A DNA stretch of 64,000 nucleotides from Malacoraja senta (taxonomy: Eukaryota). Each line of letters opens with the position of its first letter. Positions within the stretch are counted from its first letter, which is position 1. The notes beneath the pieces were generated by a model. It was not told the origin of the DNA, did no database searches, and was given only the letters and a program-made list of their open reading frames with translations. Positions 1 to 11,404 of the stretch are shown one piece after another. The stretch covers positions 7,814,001 through 7,878,000 of the forward strand of contig CM075997.1 in NCBI GenBank assembly GCA_038087875.1, given 5' to 3'. Position numbers and translations under genes: made by a program.

Positions 1-1727
1 ACCTCTTTAATAATTGCCTCCAGCATCTTTCCCACCACCGAAGTCAGGCTAACTGGTCTGCACTTCCCCGTTTTCTCTCTGGCTCCTTTCTTGAAAAGTG
101 GGATAACATTAGCTATCCTCCAATCCACAGGAACTAATCCTGAATCTATTGAACATTGGAAATTATCACCAATGCGTCCACTATTTTTAGAGCCACCTCC
201 CTGAGGACACTGCGATGCAGACATCAGGTCCAGGGGATTTAACATCCTTCAGTCCCATTACCCTACCCAATACTATTTCTCGCCTAATGAAAATTTCTTT
301 CAGTTCCTCTACCCTCCTCCAGTACATCTGGGTGATTATTTGTGTCTTCCTTTGTGAAGACAGATCCGAAGTACCTATTCAACTCTTCTGCCATCTCCTT
401 GTTGCCCATAATAATTTCACCCGTGTCTGCCTTCAAGGGACCCACATTTGACTTTACTTCTCATTTTCCCTTAACATATCTAAAGACGCGTTTACTGTCC
501 TTCTTTATATTCCTGGCCAACTTCCCTTCATGCTTCATCTTTTCGGCCCGTAATGCCCGCTTAGTTCCTCGTTGTTTACTTTCTGTTCCTATGAAAATTT
601 CCCAATCCTCTGGCTTCCGGACACTCCTTCGCTGTGGTATACATCTTTTCTTTTAGTTTTATTATATCCCTAACTTCTCTTGTCAGCCTCGGTTGCCTTC
701 TACTCCCCTTAGAATCTTTCTTCCTTTTTGGAATGAAATGATCCTCATCTTCCGGATTATGCCCAGAAATTCCTGCCATTACTGTTCCACCGTCATTCCT
801 GCTAGTATCCCTTTCCAGTCTACTTTGGCCAGCTCCCCTCTCATGCCTTCATAGTCCCCTTTCTTCAACTGCATCACTGCCACTTCCGATTTAACGTTCT
901 CCTTCTCAAATTGCAGATTAAAACTAATCATATTATGATCACTACCTCCAAGCGTTTCCTTTACCTCGAGTTCTCCTATCATATCTGGTTCATTGGTCAA
1001 CACTAAATCCAGAATTTCCTTTTCTCTGGTCGGCTCCATTACAAGCTGCTCCAAGCATCCATCTCGGAGGCATTCCATAAAACTTTCTTTCTTGGGGTCC
1101 TGAAGCAACCTGATTTTCCCAGTCTACCTACATATTGAAATCCCCCATCACCACAGTGGCATTACCTTTGTTACATGCCAGTTTTAACTCCTGCTGCAAC
1201 TTACACCCTACATCCGGGCTACTATTTGGGTGTCTGTAAATTACACCAATTAGTGTCTTCCTGCCTTTGCTATTCTTCAACTCAATCCATAGTGACGCCA
1301 CCTCGTTAGTCCCTATGTCTCCCCTCGCAAAGGACTGAATTCCATCCCTCACCAGCAGAGCTACCCCACCTCCTCTACCCACCTGCCTGTCCTTTCTATA
1401 GGATGTATATCCCTGAATATTAAGATCCCAGGCCCGACCCCCCTGCAGCCACGTCTCAGTTAACCCCACAATGTCATATCTACCAACCTCTAACTGGGCC
1501 TCAAGCTCATCTACTTTACTTCTTATACTTCGCGCATTCATATACAATACTTTTAATTCCTTACGCATCTCACCTCTCACATCGATCAATATTACACTTG
1601 GCCATACGCTCCTATCCCTTAGTGAGCTTCCTTTCACGTTAATTCTGGGGGTCATTAACCATATCTTTACTCTCTTTGCCTTTAACTCCGTCTTCGACTA
1701 TCCCATTTGACACCCCACCCCCCTTAT

Positions 1728-3089
1728 TCAGTTTAAAACCACCCGTGTAGCAGTGGCAAACCTTCCTGTCAGAATGCTGGTCCCCCACCTGTTAAGATGC
1801 AATCGGTCCCTTTTGTACAGTTCCCCCTTACTCCAAAACAGATCCCAGTGATCTAAGAACCAAAACCCTGCCCCCTGCACCAATTCCTCAGCCACACATT
1901 CAGGTCCCGTATCTCTCTGTTCCTGCTCTCACCAGCACGAGGAACAGGAAGGAAACCGGAGATAACAACCTTGGATGTCCTGTTTTTCAGCATTTTTCCG
2001 AGCTCTCTAAAGTCACGCTGCAGAATATTCATCCCCTTCTTTCCGACATCGTTCGTGCCGACATGCACTACCACTTCCGGCTGTTCACCTTCGCCCTTGA
2101 GGATTTTCTGCACTCTGTCCGTGACATCCTGGATCCTGGCACCAGGAAAGCAGCAGACCATCCTCGAATCCCTTCTGTTCCCGCAGAAACCACTGTCCGT
2201 ACCTCTCATAATGGGGTCTCCAACTACAATGGCGTTCCCTGACATTGGCCTCTTTGGTTTTGGCTCAACAGACCCTTTTGCTTCGCAAGACAGTCCGCCA
2301 CTCAGTGTGATTACGTCTTCTGTCCCGACATCTTCTAAGTGGGTGAAGCTATTCACAAGATCTACAACACCCTGGGACGTTTGGATTCCATGTTTCCCTC
2401 CCCTTTTCACAGTCACACACCTTCTCTCTTCCAGTACCTTAGGTGTAACAATCTTACTGTAGGACTTGTCGAGGAACGACTCAGTTTCTCGGACGAACCT
2501 GAGGTCATAGAAAGATAGAAAAATAGGTGCAGGAATAGGCCATTCGGCCCATCGAGCCTGCACCGCAATTCAATATGATCATGGCTGATCATCCAACTCA
2601 GTATCCTGTACCTGCCTTGTTTCCATACCCCCTGATCCCTTTAGCCACAAGGGCCACATCTAACTCCGTCTTAAATATAGCCAATGAACTGGCCTCAACT
2701 ACGTTATGTGGCAGAGAATTCCAGAGATTCACCACTCTCTGTGTGAAAAATGTTTTCTCATCTCAGTCCTAAAAGATTTCCCCTTCATCCTTAAACTGTG
2801 ACCCCTTGTTCTGGACTTCCCCAACATCAGAAAAATCTTCCTGCATCTATCCTGTCCAACGCCTTAAGTATTGTGTAAGTTTCTATAAGATCCCCCCTCA
2901 ACCTTTTAAATTCTAGCGAGTACAAGCCGAGTCTATCCAGTCATCCACTTGCTTTTCCAGTTCCCCAACACGGTCCTTCAGGAGCTGTACCTGGATGCAC
3001 TTCTCACATTTGTAGCAGCCAGAAGCACCAGCAGTGTCCTTGAACTCCCACATACTGCAAGCATGACACTGAATCAGCTTGCTTGACAT
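1728..3089 (-). pseudogene. CR1 ORF1 (zinc finger/coiled coil + SGNH esterase), split by a CR1 3'-end insertion
   Basis: ATG at 3089 gives MSSKLIQCHACSMWE...CYKCEKC...VDD, which joins LRFVRETE after removing 2509-2939; SGNH motifs VVGDP, CCFPGA, VVVHVGTND. Confidence 0.88.
2509..2939 (-). mobile_element. 5'-truncated CR1 3' end inserted in ORF1
   Basis: CATAGAAA-type tail and conserved 3' hairpin; GTCAT duplicated at 2504-2508 and 2940-2944. Confidence 0.9.
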
Positions 3090-3304
3090 CTCCTTCTTTC
3101 ATCTCTCCCTCTCCAGTGTTTAGCGAATCCTCCTCTCCTCAGCCTCCTCGCCGAAAACTCTCGAGCCAAAGACTCAAACTTTTCTCACAGGGCACTTCCA
3201 TCACAAGGCCGCTCCCTCACTGCCGCTCCCTAAGAGCTGTCTTGCTAATATTGACTGCTAAATTGCGTAATTTACCAATTTACAATCCAAATTCCTCAGT
3301 TTTA

Positions 3305-3752
3305 AACTGTTTTCCCCCTCTGACTCATTTCTAACTCTCCTCCCACTCGGGCTAGAGTCAATCAGTGCTTTCTCCTGCTTCTCTTTGTTGCTGTTGCTTC
3401 AACATCTACGGGAGCACTGAGTAAAGTCTGCCTGTGCTTTGCCTCTCCTTTTCAACTGTTTTCCCCCTCTGACTCACGTATAACTCTCCTCCCACGGGCT
3501 AGAGCCATTCAATGCTTTCTTCTGCTTCTCTTTGTTGCTGTTGCTTCAAAATCCACGGGAGCACTGAGTAAAGTCTGCCTGTGCTTTGCCTCTCCTTTTC
3601 AACTGTTTCCCCCCTCTGACTCACTTCTAACTCTCCTCCCACTCGGGCTAGAACCAATCAGTGCTTTCTCCTGCTTCTCTTTGATGCTTCAAAATCCACG
3701 GGAGCACTGAGCAAAGTCTGCCTGTACTTTGCCTCTCCTTTTCAACTGTTTC
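3305..3752. repeat. Three tandem ~148-bp units in the CR1 5'UTR
   Basis: Unit aactgttttccccctctgactca...gcctctccttttc recurs at ~3306, ~3454 and ~3601. Confidence 0.9.
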
Positions 3753-3759
3753 AAATGTA

Positions 3760-4134
3760 GCTAAGTAGCTATGGAAACTATGAGATTCAAAGAAGAGGAA
3801 GTACTGACACTTTTGAAAAATATAAAATTGGTTAAGTCTCCACGTCCTGACAGGATATTCTCTAGGACATTGAGGCATGTTAGTGTAGAAATAGCAGGGG
3901 TTATGGCAGAAATATTTCAAATGCCATTAGAAACGGGAATGGTGCCGGATGATTGGCGTATGGCGCTTGTTGTTCCATTGTTTAAAAAAGGTTCTTAGAG
4001 TAAACCTGGCAATTATAGACCTGTTAGTTTGACGTCATTGGTGGACAAATTAATGGAAAGGATACTTAGAGATAATATATATAAGCATCTGGATAAACAG
4101 TGTCTTATTAGGAACAGTCAACATGGATTTGTGC
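3760..4134 (+). mobile_element. CR1 subfamily B ORF2 fragment (RT N-terminal region)
   Basis: METMRFKEEEV...KSPRPDRIF...RNSQHGFVP; same segment as ~14190-14564. Confidence 0.88.
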
Positions 4135-5882
4135 CAGTCAGGAGACCCGGATGGAAGTTTGCCTCCCTGGTGCCAGGGTCAGGGATGTGTCTGAACGCGT
4201 CCAAGATATCCTGAAATCGGAGGGAGAGGAGGCTGAGGTTGTGGTACATATAGGTACCAATGACATAGGTAGAAAAAGAGAAGAGGTCCTGAAAGGAGAA
4301 TTTAGGAGTTGGGAGGAGAGTTAAGGAGAAGGACCGCAAAGGTAACAATCTCAGGATTACTACCTGACCCACGCGACGGTGAGAGTAGGAATGGAATGAG
4401 GCGGAGGATAAATGCGTGGCTGAGGAACTGGTGCAGCAGGCAGGGATTCAAATTTCTGGATCATTGGGACCTCTTTTGGGGAAGGTGTGACCTGTACAGA
4501 AAGGACGGGTTGCACTTGAACCCGAGTGGGACCAATATCCTGGCGGGGAGATTTGCAAAGGCTACTGGGGAGACTTTAAACTAGAACGGTTGGGGGGAGG
4601 GACTCAAATAGAGAAAGCAAGTGGAAAATGTGGGAGGCAGGAGGCAGAGAAGGGCAGCACTCGGACCCAAAATGTAGGAGAGAAAGAAGAAAAAGATAAT
4701 GAACAGGGAATAAGTGGTGGTGGGTTTCTTAAATGTGTATATTTTAATGCTAGGAGCATTGGAAGAAAGGTGGATGAGCTTAGAGCCTGGATTGACACCT
4801 GGAAGTATGCTGTTGTGGCGATCAGTGAAACATTGTTGCAGGAGGGCTGTGATTGGAAACTAAATATTCCAGGATTTCGTTGCTTCAGGGGTGATAGAAT
4901 TGGAGGGGCTAGAGGTGGGGGTGTTGCATTGCTTGTCAAGGAAGATATTACAGCAGTGCTTTGGCAGGATAGATTAGAGCGCTGCTCTAGGGAGGCTATT
5001 TGGGTGGAACTGAAAAAGGGGAAAGGTGTAGAAACACTTATAGGGGTGTATTATAGACCGCCAAATGGGGAGCGAAAATTGGAAGAGCAAATATGTAAGG
5101 AAATAGCAGATATTAGTAGTAAGCACAAGGTAGTGATTGTGGGAGATTTCAATTTTCCACACATAGACTGGGAAACACATTCTGTAAAAGGGCTGGATGG
5201 TTTGGAGTTTGTAAAATGTGTGCAGGATAGTTTTTTGCAGCAATACATAGAGGTACCTACTAGAGAAGGGGCAGTGCTGGACCTCCTGTTAGGAAATGAG
5301 ACAGGGCAGGTGGCGGAGGTATGCGTCGGGGAGCACTTCGGATCCAGTGATCACAATACCATTAGTTTCAATATAATTAGGGAGAGGGTCAGAACTGGAC
5401 CTAGGGTTGAGATTTTTGATTGGAGAAAGGCTAACTTTGCGAGGAGATGCGAAAGGATTTAAAAGGAGTGAATTGGGACATGTTGTTTTATGGGAAGGAT
5501 GTAGAAGAAGAATGGAGGACATTTAAGGGTGAAATTTTAAGAATACAGAATCTTTATGTCCCTGTTCGGTTGAAAGGAAATAGTAAAAATTGGAAAGTGA
5601 CATGGTTTTCAAGGGAAATTGGACACTTGGTTCGGAAAAAGAGAGAGATCTAAAATATTAGTAAGATTAAACGAGAACTTACCAGTTTGAAGTTTGATCT
5701 TTATTTTTTGAGGAGTAACGTTGAGGGATTACGTGAAGAAGACCCCGTCCAGCCGCACACGCGTCAATCTTTCAAAGCAGCGGAGTGACAATCACAGACG
5801 ATAATGACTGAAGTATGATAGTAAGATGCATAAAGACTTAGAACTACCAGCTTGATCCTTTTATGAGGGTGGGAGAGGAGGG

Positions 5883-5994
5883 CACGTAATCCCTCAACGT
5901 CACTCCTCATAAAATAAAGATCAAACTTCAAACTGGTAAGTTCTCGTTTAATCTTACTATTTTACTTCGGAGTCACGTGAGTGACAACGTGAAG
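5883..5994. repeat. DIRS internal complementary region (ICR)
   Basis: 5883-5959 is the reverse complement of 5659-5735; 5960-5994 is the reverse complement of ~13842-13876. Confidence 0.93.
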
Positions 5995-6161
5995 ATTTCA
6001 AAGCTCTGTGATTTCACACCGTGGATTCAAATCCAGGTGCTCACTGCACTGATTGACTCTATTTGAGTAAGCACAATCAACAATGCATAACCACAACATT
6101 AAATGTAATCAGTTAATGGTTTTATTTATTTTAACAAAAGTAACAAAATTAGGCCCATTTA

Positions 6162-7750
6162 TTATAATGGGGGATTTAATACTGTATCCAGCACGGCATC
6201 ACCAAACACCCCGAGATCTTCAATCTTATTATGGTAATACTTGTGAAACATCTGTTCACTTGCCCATCCTGCGGCCACGAGGATAAGGTCTATTGGCACG
6301 TCTGAATCCCTGGCCGCCGATGTTGATGCCGCCCTGGTGGAATGAGATTTAAATTTATCAGTATCAATACCTGAATAAATCAACACCTGTTTCAACCATC
6401 TTGAAATTGTCTGTGTTGATACTTTCTTATGAGGCTTTTTATGACTAATACAAAATGCCAATTCTGTGCCTCTTAGGATTCTTGTTGTTTCTATGTAACA
6501 TTTTACATATGTAAGGCCTGTCTCACGAGTCTGCGGTCATTGGCGGCGAAACAGGAAGAATCTACCGCTCCTGGGCCGCCATTGACCGCGCACTCGGTCA
6601 AACGCACAATTCCAGGGCCGTGCGGCGTTGTTCCCAACACCGCACGGTGCTAAAATAAAATCAACACTGTTCAAAAATATGTCCCTACCGCATAGCCTCC
6701 GCCAGTGAGGCACGAGTGCGGCACGGCCGCCGCCACAGCCTCCGCCAGTGAGGCACGTGTGCAGCACGGCCGCCGCCACAGCCACCGCTACAGCGCCGCG
6801 ATCAGCACAGCTGCCGCCACAGCCGCCGCTCGTGAGTCACGTGTGCGGCACGGCCACCGCCACCGCTGCAGCGCCGCGATCAGCACGGCCGCCGCCACAG
6901 CCCCGCAGATCCAAAATGACGTCATCGCAGTCGGCCCGCCCTTTTTTTTTACTTATCGCAAGCTCGTGGGACCAGCCGTATTTAAATCACTCGGCCCCCG
7001 CGCAGCACCCGTGCGGCGCTCCCATGGCATAGGCTCGGCGCCCGTGCGGTCCCCTCTACCGGCGACGCCGCGCTTCACCGCCGATGACCGCAACACCGTG
7101 AGACAGAGCATTTACTACACATAGCCGTGGATCTGTAGGATATGCTAAAAACTTAAACTTACATCCCGTGAATCCAGGTCAACTTTGCTTCAGTAAATCA
7201 TAGACATAGAATGTAACGGCATTTGCCCCCTACTTTCATTCTGTCAATTCTTAGTTTTGGTAATGTCTGAACTCTCTGAGCTGAAACTAATGCCATGAGC
7301 ATAACCAATTTCATGGTGATTTTGGCTAATAACAGAGATTCAATAGGATTCCAATCCCTCAGCAACATCAGTACATCTTTTACATTCCAAATTTCTGTAT
7401 ACCTAGGTCTGGGAGGATTGGTGTCGAAAATTCCTTTCATAAACCTACAGACCCAAGGATGTGATCCTATTGGATTTTGTTCTGATTCACTGCTTAAATA
7501 TGCAGAGAGTGCACTTCGTGCAGTATTGATTGCATTATAACTTAATTTTAATTCATAGTATAGAGTTGAAAGAAACTCTATTACATCTGAAATTTCTGCT
7601 TTGTTATATGCAATATTCTTTCCTGAACAAAACACCTCCCATTTCTTTATATAGGAAATGTACTGCTTCTGGGTACTATTCTCCAGGCTGCTGTCATAAC
7701 ATCCACCGTACGATCTGATAATCCTTTTCCAAGATATGGCCTTCTTAGAA
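6162..7750 (-). pseudogene. DIRS tyrosine recombinase, split by a MITE
   Basis: SAQRVQTL (R), SHSTRAAS (HxxR), AAGW and FHKYY (Y); PRLCVV|TYVKCY reads through once 6513-7111 is removed; frameshift/stop present. Confidence 0.9.
6513..7111. mobile_element. PIF/Harbinger-type MITE (copy 1)
   Basis: Imperfect TIRs AAGGCCTGTCTCACGAGTCTGCGGTCAT / ATGACCGCAACACCGTGAGACAGAGCAT, TTA on the right flank, GC-rich internal repeats; homologous to 17049-17629. Confidence 0.8.
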
Positions 7751-8698
7751 TCTGCAAATCAACAAACCAATACGATCATGTAAAGGATGTGGTTCATCAG
7801 TTACAGGGTTTACAAGCAGTTTTATCTGCTTTGGAATAAGCATAAGGTTTTTTTGGATGATTTTTAACACCAATGGGTACCATAGCAGCGTAGGCCAATC
7901 TGGTACTACCAAAATCCCTGAGGCTGAGTCGTGTATAATTTTCTGTATGCATCTGTTGATTAAACAAAATGGTGGAAATGCATACAGAAACATACCACCC
8001 CAATGTAGCGAGAAAGCATCCACCACTACTGCAGCAGGATCAGGTTCCCATGACACATACTTAGGCAATTGGTGGTTCAGTCTTGATGCAAACAAATCAA
8101 TCTCTGGCATTCCAAATTGTGTTATAATTTGTGTAAATATTTCCTTATTTAACATCCATTCTGTATTATCATTAAATTTACGTGATCTTTTGTCTGCAAT
8201 TATGTTAAATTTTCCAGGTAAATATATTGCTGACAGCCAAATTTTCCTGGCAATACACCAGGTCCAAATTTCATTTGCCAATCTATCACATGATTCTGAT
8301 TTGATACCACCCATGTGATTTATGTATGCTACAGCTGTAGTATTGTCAACCTGTACCTGAACATGCACATTTCCCATATTAGTGCAATAAGCTTTAAGGC
8401 CATAAAATGCTCCTAACAGCTCCAGGTAATTGATCCCCTGATTTTCCAGCAAAGGTACTTCATTCACATTCCACCTACCTCCACAGCTGGAAATCATGTT
8501 AGCCGCGCCCCATCCAAGAGCACTTACATCAGTCTGTAGAATGACGGAAGGTGTTTCTACCAGAACTTTTCTGGAAGCATTAGAGACATTGTTAATCCAC
8601 CATTCTATTTCTGTAATGGATCCAATTGTCAATTTCATGGGCCTGTCAAAATGCCCTGTGTTCATTTTTAATGCTTGTACCTTACCCTCTGCAAACAT
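7745..8698 (-). CDS. DIRS RNase H + DNA adenine methyltransferase-like domain (frameshifted from RT)
   Basis: ILQTDVSALGWG, INYLELL, VDNTTAVAYINHMGG, ADKRSR; MT motifs IDLFAS, DAF, YAFPPF, VVPDWP. Confidence 0.9.
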   Translation of the reverse strand: MFAEGKVQALKMNTGHFDRPMKLTIGSITEIEWWINNVSNASRKVLVETPSVILQTDVSALGWGAANMISSCGGRWNVNEVPLLENQGINYLELLGAFYGLKAYCTNMGNVHVQVQVDNTTAVAYINHMGGIKSESCDRLANEIWTWCIARKIWLSAIYLPGKFNIIADKRSRKFNDNTEWMLNKEIFTQIITQFGMPEIDLFASRLNHQLPKYVSWEPDPAAVVVDAFSLHWGGMFLYAFPPFCLINRCIQKIIHDSASGILVVPDWPTLLWYPLVLKIIQKNLMLIPKQIKLLVNPVTDEPHPLHDRIGLLICRF

Positions 8699-9747
8699 TG
8701 ATAATGCAATGGTCCAAACCTTACAGCTGGAAGCCCAGGAAATAATTTGCCCAGCAAGTTTGCCACTTCTCTAATTGAAGGTGTGTCCTTGTTTATGAGT
8801 TTGGTGCAACCTTCAATTAACTGCAGCCTTTTTTCTTTTGGCAAGGTGATTACCATGTGTTCAGAGTTAACTGTGAACCCTAGGTAATCAATCTTCTTAC
8901 TTGGTAACAATTTAGATTTGTGTAGGTGAATAATGAACCCCATTTTCTCAAAAATGTACTTGACTCTAGGTACTGATAATTTTGCAGTAGCCAAAGTTTC
9001 CCCTACAATCAGAATATCATCTAAATAGGCCATTAGTAAATGGCCCTCAGCTCTTAGCAGAGCTAAAATAGGTTTGAGCAATTTGGTGAATAGTCTTGGT
9101 GCTGAAGTCAGGCCATTGGGCAATGCTTTGAATTGCCATAATTGACTCATCCATCTATATTTCAAATATCTTTGATCATTACCATGCATTGCCACAGAAT
9201 AATATGCATCTTGCAGATCTATGCTTGCCATATAGCAATTTTTTGTGATCAGCTGAATGGCATTAGTAAATGTCTCCATTTTGAAATGTTTATATTGTAC
9301 ATAAAGGTTAAGATTTGTCAGATCCAAAATGATTCTACATCCACCATCCTTTTTTGTTCTAGGAATAATATTTGATACAAATTGATGGTGTTGTTCAACT
9401 GACTTTTCTATAACTCCCTTTATGTTTAAATTTTCTAATTCTCCATTGATCAACTTATTCTCTTCCTTTGAGAAAATCCGTGACCAGCTTGATTTTCCCT
9501 GAATTGGAGGATCCAAGTGTGTATAGAACTCAATTTTGAATCTTACAATGCTACTTAGAATAAATGAATCATTTGTTATTAACTGCCATTCCTTTAGGAA
9601 GAATCTTAACCTTCCCCCTATTTGTGAATGTGCAACATTTGTTGTATTTCTTACCAGACCTGGACCCCCTACCTCGGGGTTTGCCACCGGCAATTGTTGT
9701 CCCCGTCTGGTCGGCATATTGTAACCTCCACGTATGCAGCACGCCAA
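8668..9747 (-). CDS. DIRS reverse transcriptase
   Basis: GGRLRFF, KKDGGCRIILDL, DLQDAYY, LPNGLTSAPRLFTK, AYLDD. Confidence 0.93.
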   Translation of the reverse strand: MACCIRGGYNMPTRRGQQLPVANPEVGGPGLVRNTTNVAHSQIGGRLRFFLKEWQLITNDSFILSSIVRFKIEFYTHLDPPIQGKSSWSRIFSKEENKLINGELENLNIKGVIEKSVEQHHQFVSNIIPRTKKDGGCRIILDLTNLNLYVQYKHFKMETFTNAIQLITKNCYMASIDLQDAYYSVAMHGNDQRYLKYRWMSQLWQFKALPNGLTSAPRLFTKLLKPILALLRAEGHLLMAYLDDILIVGETLATAKLSVPRVKYIFEKMGFIIHLHKSKLLPSKKIDYLGFTVNSEHMVITLPKEKRLQLIEGCTKLINKDTPSIREVANLLGKLFPGLPAVRFGPLHYQCLQRVRYKH

Positions 9748-10937
9748 CGTGTATACGCGAAAGATCGGCTTGTTCCTTCTCCAGCACCAGCATACCGCCT
9801 GTAGGGATACTGCCTTCGCACCACTCTGCTCAGCATCGGTGGTTTCATCATCATGCCACTCATGGTTTTTGACTCTTCATTCAAGTCTTTTAGTTTATTT
9901 GCTAGATTTTCTCCAAACAGCAGATTAGGCATTTGTATGTTGGATGGTTTGCAAAGCCCTGCATACTTAGGATGAATATTTGGTCTTATTGCATTTTTAC
10001 GAATACAATTTATTTCAAAGTGCGCACTACACATGAGTGCTAAGGCATCTTGTTGTGAATCTGCTATGAAATCATCATCCAATCCCCTGGCAAACGTCGT
10101 AATGCCTGATCCCAGTAACTTCAGCACTCGTTGTAATTTCAATTCTTGTGAGCGTAAACCAATGCTTAAATAACCCCATATTAAGTTATTCACTGCTGGA
10201 ACTGTTAGCAACTCACAATTCACCGGGGGCTCATACTGTTTAATAGTCTCATCCATAGTTACTTCCTGGAGCTGATGGGAGAGTAGATAATTTATAGTCA
10301 TTGCTATCTCCTCTCTCAAAGGTTCTCCTTTTATTCTGGGAACAGCAAACTTTTGTGCTAGTCCAGGAACTTTCAGCTCTGATAATGGGCTCTCATCTTC
10401 ATAGAAATCATCTTCTGAATCTGGATGTTCCTCTTCAGGTTGAGTAAATTCTGGCTCTCCTTCAGGTAAGTCTATGCCAGATTCCCCCTGTGTAAGCTCT
10501 GCTGTAGACCCACGGATAGGCAGCCCTGTCCCAGGTGCTGCTGGCGCTGGCTCAACTCTAGGCCAACGCTTCATCTTTTTTTCTGTTGAACTTGTCGGTG
10601 CTGGCACATATGTACGTTTGTACTGTCTTTGCTCAGACATTTCTGGCACTGGCTCTCCTGTAGGCCAGCACATATATTGCCTTTTTGCAGGCTTTTGTGG
10701 CACTGGCTCTCCTGTAGGCCAACCACTGTAATAGCTTTTGTAGATGATATATGCTTGTGCCTTTAACATAGTGACCTCATACCTACTAAACACTCCCCAT
10801 ATCACAAGTATAACTACAACCTCCCCACCCACAGATCGCTCTCTAGTTCCTGTGACAGACCACGTACAGCTAGTGCAATATGTAATGCTCCAGTATGAAT
10901 ATAGATAGTAAAGTAACGAGGCCTCGTTATAGCTTCT

Positions 10938-11153
10938 TTACATGGTGTCAGAAGTGGGATCTTCAATGAAGCTATCCACGTCATAGTGACCCCCTGCAAT
11001 CACCTGGAAAAAGAAGGTGAACTCGGTGCCGTTCTCGACCTGTTCGAATAAACATTGGACATCTTGGTCGGCCAGTTCGAAGATGAATCTAGTGAAAGTG
11101 GCAGAAGCCGAGGACAGCAACAGCAACAGCAGGGAATAGACGGGCGTGATCAT
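10938..11153 (-). pseudogene. Captured 5' fragment of a p24/TMED3/TMED7-like (emp24/GOLD) gene; 71-aa open ORF ending in the PBS/LTR
   Basis: Signal peptide MITPVYSLLLLLLSSASA, then FELADQDVQCLFEQVENG...FQVIAGGHYDVDSFIEDP, matching the recalled TMED3/7 motif FELPDNAKQCF...QVITGGHYDVD..EDP. Confidence 0.88.
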
Positions 11154-11404
11154 TGCAGGCGGACCGTGGGGAGCAGCCTGGATGAAACTGATTGGGAGAA
11201 ACTTCAGGCAGCGCCAGGCTCCCGTTCACATATTGAAATCATCTCGTCGCCCTGTTCCAGCTCCGCCTTCCCTCAATGATTAACCCAAACCTGACGTGGC
11301 AGCGAATCCTGAGCCCTCCGGTGCAGGAGAGGTGTCATGGAGGGAGAGAGGAGGAGAGGGAGAGACAGAGGGAGGGGGTTAGAGAGAGAGGAGGAAGTTA
11401 GCGA

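Larger units (their letters stand above)
1..3752 (-). mobile_element. CR1 LINE (subfamily A), 5' portion: 5'UTR, ORF1, APE endonuclease and start of RT; runs off the window edge
   Basis: Minus ORFs 1128-1655 (YMNARSIRSK...VGLTETWL...VVMGDFNM), 779-1108 (ILDLVLTN...GSDHNMI) and 576-779; ORF1 lies upstream; frameshifted. Confidence 0.93.

Noticed and set aside
1853..2563. SGNH esterase as a host lipase gene
   Set aside because: It is CR1 ORF1, directly upstream of EN/RT and repeated at 4135, 32393 and 49770
3305..3752. CRISPR-like array
   Set aside because: Contiguous tandem units with no unique spacers, in eukaryotic DNA
6537..7124. Ala/Arg-rich ORFs (also 17059-17604)
   Set aside because: By-products of GC-rich MITE repeats; no recognisable domain
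10938..11153. TMED-like ORF as a resident host gene exon
   Set aside because: It lies between two LTRs with a TSD, ends in the PBS, and no downstream TMED exons are visible
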